Made by a program: the position numbers and the translations under genes | The notes under the pieces: generated by a model | Told to the model about the DNA's origin: nothing | What the model saw: only the letters and a program-made list of their open reading frames with translations | Databases searched by the model: none | Part shown: positions 42,994 through 46,783 of the stretch, piece by piece | Layout: the number at the start of each line of letters is the position of its first letter | How positions within the stretch are numbered: the first letter of the stretch is position 1 | Origin: an uncultured Dehalococcoidales bacterium | Lineage (GTDB): Bacteria > Chloroflexota > Dehalococcoidia > Dehalococcoidales > UBA2162 | Direction of reading: 5' to 3' | NCBI GenBank assembly: GCA_964463875.1 | Contig: CAYXEG010000003.1 | Span: forward strand, 1-46,783 | Length of the DNA stretch: 46,783 nt

Positions 42994-43178
42994 TACTCTT
43001 TTCCGCATTTCCTCGTTTACTCTTTAACGCATTTACGTTATTACGGTAATACGCTTTTACGTTTTTACGTTATTGCGCTAATGCGTTTTTCCTTATTTGC
43101 GTATATACGTTTTTACGTGATTGCGTGTTTGCGTTTTTGTCCTTTTACGCTTTTACGCATTTCCGCTTTTCTGCATTT
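42971..43178. repeat. array of 26 directly repeated, perfectly phased 8-bp units (consensus ACGY-WTTT): candidate parH/parS-like centromere and operator
   Basis: Units start every 8 nt from 42971 to 43171 with no indel. 20 of 26 have CG at unit positions 2-3 (ACGC x6, ACGT x5, GCGT x4, and others). 21 of 26 end in TT. Identical units recur (ACGCATTT x3). Confidence 0.85.
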
Positions 43179-43231
43179 TTCATCATGTTCTGATATCAGT
43201 TCACTGTCTGAAACGATTGTTTCCGGTAAAG

Positions 43232-43265
43232 AAAAAGCCCTCTCTTTTTACAGTGAGGGCTTTTT
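43232..43265 (-). terminator. bidirectional rho-independent terminator separating the SPFH/NfeD operon from the partition cassette
   Basis: AAAAAGCCCTC (43232-43242) / GAGGGCTTTTT (43255-43265), with T-runs on both strands. Confidence 0.65.
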
Positions 43266-43283
43266 CTTTCATGTTTTTACGGG

Positions 43284-44201
43284 TTATTTTTTAGCTGTTC
43301 CGCTGTTTCCTTCTTTCAGGGCTTCGCTGAGTCCGAGGACATTGATAAGTTTCGACTGGTCGGAAACGACCAGCTTTGTATTATTTTCGAGCGAAGCCTG
43401 GCTTACCTGGAGCTGTTTCAGCAACTGGGCATTGCCAACAAAGTATTTATCAGCGGCTTTCGAGACATTTTCGATTGCCTGGGCTTCGCCCTCGGCACGG
43501 AGTATGGCTGCCTGACGGTCGCCTTCGGCTTCCAGAATCGCTTTCTGACGGTTGCCTTCGGCGCTGAGAATGGCATTCTGTTTATCGCCTTCGGCTTCGA
43601 GTATCTGTTTCTGCCGATAAGCTTCAGCTTCGAGAATGGTGGCTCTCTTTTCGCGTTCGGCCTTCATCTGCTTGCTCATGGCGTCCGAGATATCTTTCGG
43701 CGGTTCGATTTCCTTGACCTCGACGCGGGTTACCTTCACGCCCCATTTATCGGTCGCTTCATCGAGGGTTTCGGTCAGAGTGGCATTCATCCTCTCTCTC
43801 GAAGCCAGCGATTCATCGAGCGCCATTTCGCCGACGACATTCCTGATGTTCGTCTGGGCAAGCTTGCTGACGGCGGTAAAGAAATCAGCCACCTCATAAC
43901 GGACCGCTTTGGCATCAGTGACATAATAATAAATGACAGCGTCGATGGTGATAGTTACGTTATCGTTGGTAATTACTGCCTGGGGAGGTATATCGATAAC
44001 CGCTTCCCGCATATCCACCCGCGCAACCAGTTTATCGATAAACGGTATCAGGAATTTGAGGCCAGGTTCGAGCGTCTCTTTGTACTTTCCCAGCCGCTCA
44101 ACAATGCCTCTCTGTGCCTGACGAATGATGGTAATCGACCTTGCCAGCAGCACGGCTGCAAGAACGAGTACGATGATGAGTATGACAATACCGGGTGACA
44201 T
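43284..44201 (-). CDS. SPFH/Band 7 (stomatin/paraslipin-like) protein
   Basis: N-terminal TM, then VIIRQAQRGIVERLGKY..L.PGL.F.IPFID. C-terminal 11-aa tandem repeats AEG(D/N)(K/R)Q-x-AIL. Confidence 0.9.
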   Translation of the reverse strand: MSPGIVILIIVLVLAAVLLARSITIIRQAQRGIVERLGKYKETLEPGLKFLIPFIDKLVARVDMREAVIDIPPQAVITNDNVTITIDAVIYYYVTDAKAVRYEVADFFTAVSKLAQTNIRNVVGEMALDESLASRERMNATLTETLDEATDKWGVKVTRVEVKEIEPPKDISDAMSKQMKAEREKRATILEAEAYRQKQILEAEGDKQNAILSAEGNRQKAILEAEGDRQAAILRAEGEAQAIENVSKAADKYFVGNAQLLKQLQVSQASLENNTKLVVSDQSKLINVLGLSEALKEGNSGTAKK

Positions 44202-44203
44202 GT

Positions 44204-44677
44204 TTAATTTCCTCCTTTTGATTTCTTCACGGATAAGGTTGTTCCGGTAACACCGGTGACGACGATTTCCTCGCCCTCGTGGATTTCGCTCTCCGCCTTA
44301 GCTCGCCATTTGACATTGCCGACTCTGACGCGGCCGACTGAATTTTTCTCAAGGCCGCTGATAACGACACCGCGGCTGCCGATTACCGTATCGATATTGG
44401 TCGCGGCAGTCGTTACCGATATCCGGTTGTGAATGTATTTCCTGCCCAGAACAATGTATCCGACGCATATCAGGGCGGTTACCAGCAGGGTAACGAACCA
44501 CAGTTGCACGGGCCAGGTAACAAGCCCGCCGAGAACGAAAGCGGTGCCGATGAATACCAGGTCGAGGCTGGTCTCCAGGCCGAGAACAAGCTCAGCCAGA
44601 ATCATCACCAGGCCGATTCCGACGAATATCAGCCAGAGCCAGCTATCGGAAAAGGTCATGGCTGTTTCACCATTCAT
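44204..44677 (-). CDS. NfeD family membrane protein
   Basis: AAGGAG lies 8 nt upstream of the ATG at 44677. Three TM helices, then the OB-fold segment GRVRVGNVKWRAKA..EGEEIVVTGVTGTTLSV. Lies immediately upstream of the SPFH gene, the classic pairing. Confidence 0.85.
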   Translation of the reverse strand: MNGETAMTFSDSWLWLIFVGIGLVMILAELVLGLETSLDLVFIGTAFVLGGLVTWPVQLWFVTLLVTALICVGYIVLGRKYIHNRISVTTAATNIDTVIGSRGVVISGLEKNSVGRVRVGNVKWRAKAESEIHEGEEIVVTGVTGTTLSVKKSKGGN

Positions 44678-44906
44678 TGCGCAATCTCCTTTCATATATT
44701 TGACATAATATTATTTACGATTACCAGAATTGAGCATCGCACCGGAAAAGCATCATCGATATCCTGCCCGTTACCGGTATGCCGGTTCGGTTATATATTC
44801 ACCTATCATACGTCAAATACGAGCGAATGTAAAGCGGCGCCGAAGCATGTCAGCCGGGGGATTGGAAAGATGCCATTTTGATACGGGGAAGTGGTTACGA
44901 TTGAAA

Positions 44907-45218
44907 TCAAATTATCTGTTTCTGGTTGTTTTTGTATTTGGCGAACCGGTTGAAGGCGTTTTCGTACTCTTTCACCAGTTCGACCGGCAGGCGAGCCCGG
45001 AATCGTTGAATCTGGGCATCGTAGATGTTTTTATCGATTTTTGCCTTGTACCAGTTCCTGATTTCAGCGCCGCATTTCGGGCAGAGCCGGACGACTCTGG
45101 CGCGGCGCATCCGTGCCTGTTCCATGACTTCTCTGGGGACGACATTGTGTTTTTCGATGGCAGCGGCGTCAACTTCGTCTCCGCATAACTCGCAGATGAC
45201 CAGCAATTGCCTGACCAT
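44907..45218 (-). CDS. hypothetical zinc-ribbon protein
   Basis: 103-aa ORF with CELCG...CPKCG (CxxC-N42-CxxC). Weak RBS. Confidence 0.45.
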   Translation of the reverse strand: MVRQLLVICELCGDEVDAAAIEKHNVVPREVMEQARMRRARVVRLCPKCGAEIRNWYKAKIDKNIYDAQIQRFRARLPVELVKEYENAFNRFAKYKNNQKQII

Positions 45219-45330
45219 TGCCCAAAACCTGCCTTTTCCCCTGTCTCAGGTTACCGGAGGTTGGGACTTGAGTGTATGCCGTACCGCCTTTTTTGTCAAG
45301 GGCAGGGGAGTAAAATACGCCTTTTCCTGC

Positions 45331-45359
45331 TTGAGCGCCGGTTCCGGCAGGTGTACAAT
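45331..45359 (+). promoter_or_regulatory. promoter candidate for uvrA (TTGAGC-17 nt-TACAAT)
   Basis: Hexamers at 45331-45336 and 45354-45359, about 22 nt upstream of the uvrA ATG. Confidence 0.4.
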
Positions 45360-45381
45360 GAGTATTAGAAAGGATGTTCTG

Positions 45382-46783
45382 ATGCCCCTCAATTCCATTA
45401 TCGTTAAAGGCGCCCGGGAACATAATCTCAAGAATATCGATGTCACCATCCCCCGCGACAAGCTGGTGGTGATTACGGGCGTTTCCGGCTCAGGGAAAAG
45501 TTCTCTGGCTTTCGATACAATTTACGCTGAAGGCCAGCGCCGTTATGTCGAATCGCTCTCAGCTTACGCCCGACAATTCCTCGGCAGAATGGAGAAACCG
45601 GACGTCGATTACATCGAAGGCTTAAGCCCGGCGATATCAATCGACCAGAAAGGTACCTCGAAAAACCCCCGTTCCACCATGGGAACCGTTACCGAGAGTT
45701 ACGATTACCTCCGGCTCTTGTTCGCCCGCGCCGGCCACCCCCACTGCCCCCGGTGCGGTCGGGAAATAGCCAGTCAGACGGTGCAGCAGATAGTGGATTC
45801 GATTCAGAACATCGAAACCGGCAGCCGTATCATGATAATGGCGCCGATAATAACCGACCGTAAAGGCGAGTATCTTTCCGTATTTGAGGATTTGCGCAAA
45901 TCCGGATATGCGCGGGTGCGTGTTGACGGAACCGTGCGTGAACTGACCGACGAGATTCAGCTCGACAAGAATAAAAAACATTCCATCGAAGCCGTTATCG
46001 ACCGCCTTATCATCGGCCAGAGCGATTCCCAGGGCAGGATTGCCGATTCGGTAGAGACCGCTCTGAAGCTCGGCAGCGGGGTCGTCCTGGTATCGATTAT
46101 CGACGGCAAGGAGATGCTGTTCTCAGAGCATTTCGCCTGCGTCTACTGCGGCATCAGTTTCGGCGAGATAGCCCCCCGTAATTTCAGCTTCAACAATCCC
46201 CACGGCGCCTGCCCGGAATGCACCGGCCTCGGCTACCGGCAGGAACTCGACCCGGACCTTATCATTCCGGATAAGGACCTCTCCATCAACGACGGAGCGA
46301 TTCATCCGTACCGGGGGCATACCTGGTACTATTACCACCTTGAGAGTATCGCCCGGAAATACGGGTTCAACCTCGATACGCCGGTGAAAAACCTTACGAA
46401 GAAACAGCTCGACGTCATTCTCTACGGCGAACATCCGAATGCGGAATTGCGCAGAAACCGGTTCGGTCGACTCCGTACCACCGGCTCCGGCATGGAAGGC
46501 GTCATTCAGCGACTCGACCGGCTGTACCGTGACACCTCGTCCGATTATTCGAGGCTGGGAATCGAGCAGTACATGGTACTGAAAGACTGCCCGGCCTGCG
46601 GCGGCAAACGGCTCAAACCCGAATCGCTGGCCGTGACTGTCGGTGGACTTAACATAATGGATATCAGCGCCATGTCCGTCAGCGGCGTCCTCGAATGGAC
46701 GGACATGATTAAGGAAAAAGTGCTGACGGAACGGGAAAATATCATCGCCCAGCAGATACTCAAGGAGATAAAATCGAGACTCG
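45382..46783 (+). CDS. uvrA: excinuclease ABC subunit A (5' partial, runs off the window)
   Basis: My translation from ATG 45382 gives [68 protein letters not shown], a near-consensus UvrA N-terminus. The frame stays open to the window end. It is absent from the ORF track because it has no stop. Confidence 0.95.
   Translation, partial: MPLNSIIVKGAREHNLKNIDVTIPRDKLVVITGVSGSGKSSLAFDTIYAEGQRRYVESLSAYARQFLGRMEKPDVDYIEGLSPAISIDQKGTSKNPRSTMGTVTESYDYLRLLFARAGHPHCPRCGREIASQTVQQIVDSIQNIETGSRIMIMAPIITDRKGEYLSVFEDLRKSGYARVRVDGTVRELTDEIQLDKNKKHSIEAVIDRLIIGQSDSQGRIADSVETALKLGSGVVLVSIIDGKEMLFSEHFACVYCGISFGEIAPRNFSFNNPHGACPECTGLGYRQELDPDLIIPDKDLSINDGAIHPYRGHTWYYYHLESIARKYGFNLDTPVKNLTKKQLDVILYGEHPNAELRRNRFGRLRTTGSGMEGVIQRLDRLYRDTSSDYSRLGIEQYMVLKDCPACGGKRLKPESLAVTVGGLNIMDISAMSVSGVLEWTDMIKEKVLTERENIIAQQILKEIKSRL

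Noticed and set aside
42971-43178. Could the tandem repeat array be a CRISPR or a minisatellite?
   Set aside because: The units are only 8 bp, contiguous and without unique spacers, and there are no cas genes. The position over a promoter next to parA fits a centromere/operator far better.
42928-43515. 195-aa plus-strand ORF running through the 8-bp repeat array
   Set aside because: Its translation (..LRYYGNTLLRFYVIALMRF..) is only the periodic array read in frame. It overlaps the parA start, a terminator hairpin and the SPFH gene 3' end.
43470-43640. 33-nt tandem periodicity in the SPFH gene
   Set aside because: It encodes the AEG(D/N)(K/R)Q-x-AIL coiled-coil repeats common at the C-terminus of SPFH/stomatin-like proteins. 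This is a protein-level feature, not a separate DNA element.
1-46783. tRNA, rRNA, transposase or integrase genes that could mark island boundaries
   Set aside because: Reading both strands, I found no T-loop/acceptor-type tRNA signatures, no rRNA-like segments and no ORFs with recombinase motifs. A tRNAscan/Infernal run would be needed to confirm their absence.

Overview
This is a 46.8-kb chromosomal window of about 55-65% G+C. The gene content is compatible with a Chloroflexota/Dehalococcoidia-like anaerobe, but that is inference only. Housekeeping genes recognised from motifs are a DUF503 gene, a frameshifted DEAH helicase with a DUF1998 C-terminus, purO, recJ, fabF, mtaB, a QueG/RdhA-like Fe-S protein, a GNAT, a divergent PEPCK, an MFS transporter, a SAM methyltransferase, a NUDIX hydrolase, comM/yifB, an SPFH-NfeD pair and the 5' part of uvrA. 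Three regions stand out. (1) An 18.5-kb run of 18 co-directional genes (3359-21865) encodes mostly lipoproteins or membrane proteins in at least six paralogous families. A cytoplasmic LuxE/LuxC-type fatty-acyl activation and reduction pair sits in the middle, and two glycine-zipper proteins plus lgt sit at the end. (2) A low-GC islet (about 23.2-27.2 kb; 37-40% G+C in hand-counted lines) encodes only secreted or membrane proteins. It lies next to an inverted paralogue of a cluster gene that is flanked by imperfect direct repeats. (3) A compact plasmid-type partition cassette (41828-43265) has a ParA, a 113-aa RHH-like protein, and 26 perfectly phased 8-bp ACGY+WTTT units overlapping a consensus promoter. 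I found no rRNA, tRNA, CRISPR array, transposase or integrase. All calls come from reading the sequence and recalling family motifs; no database search was run.
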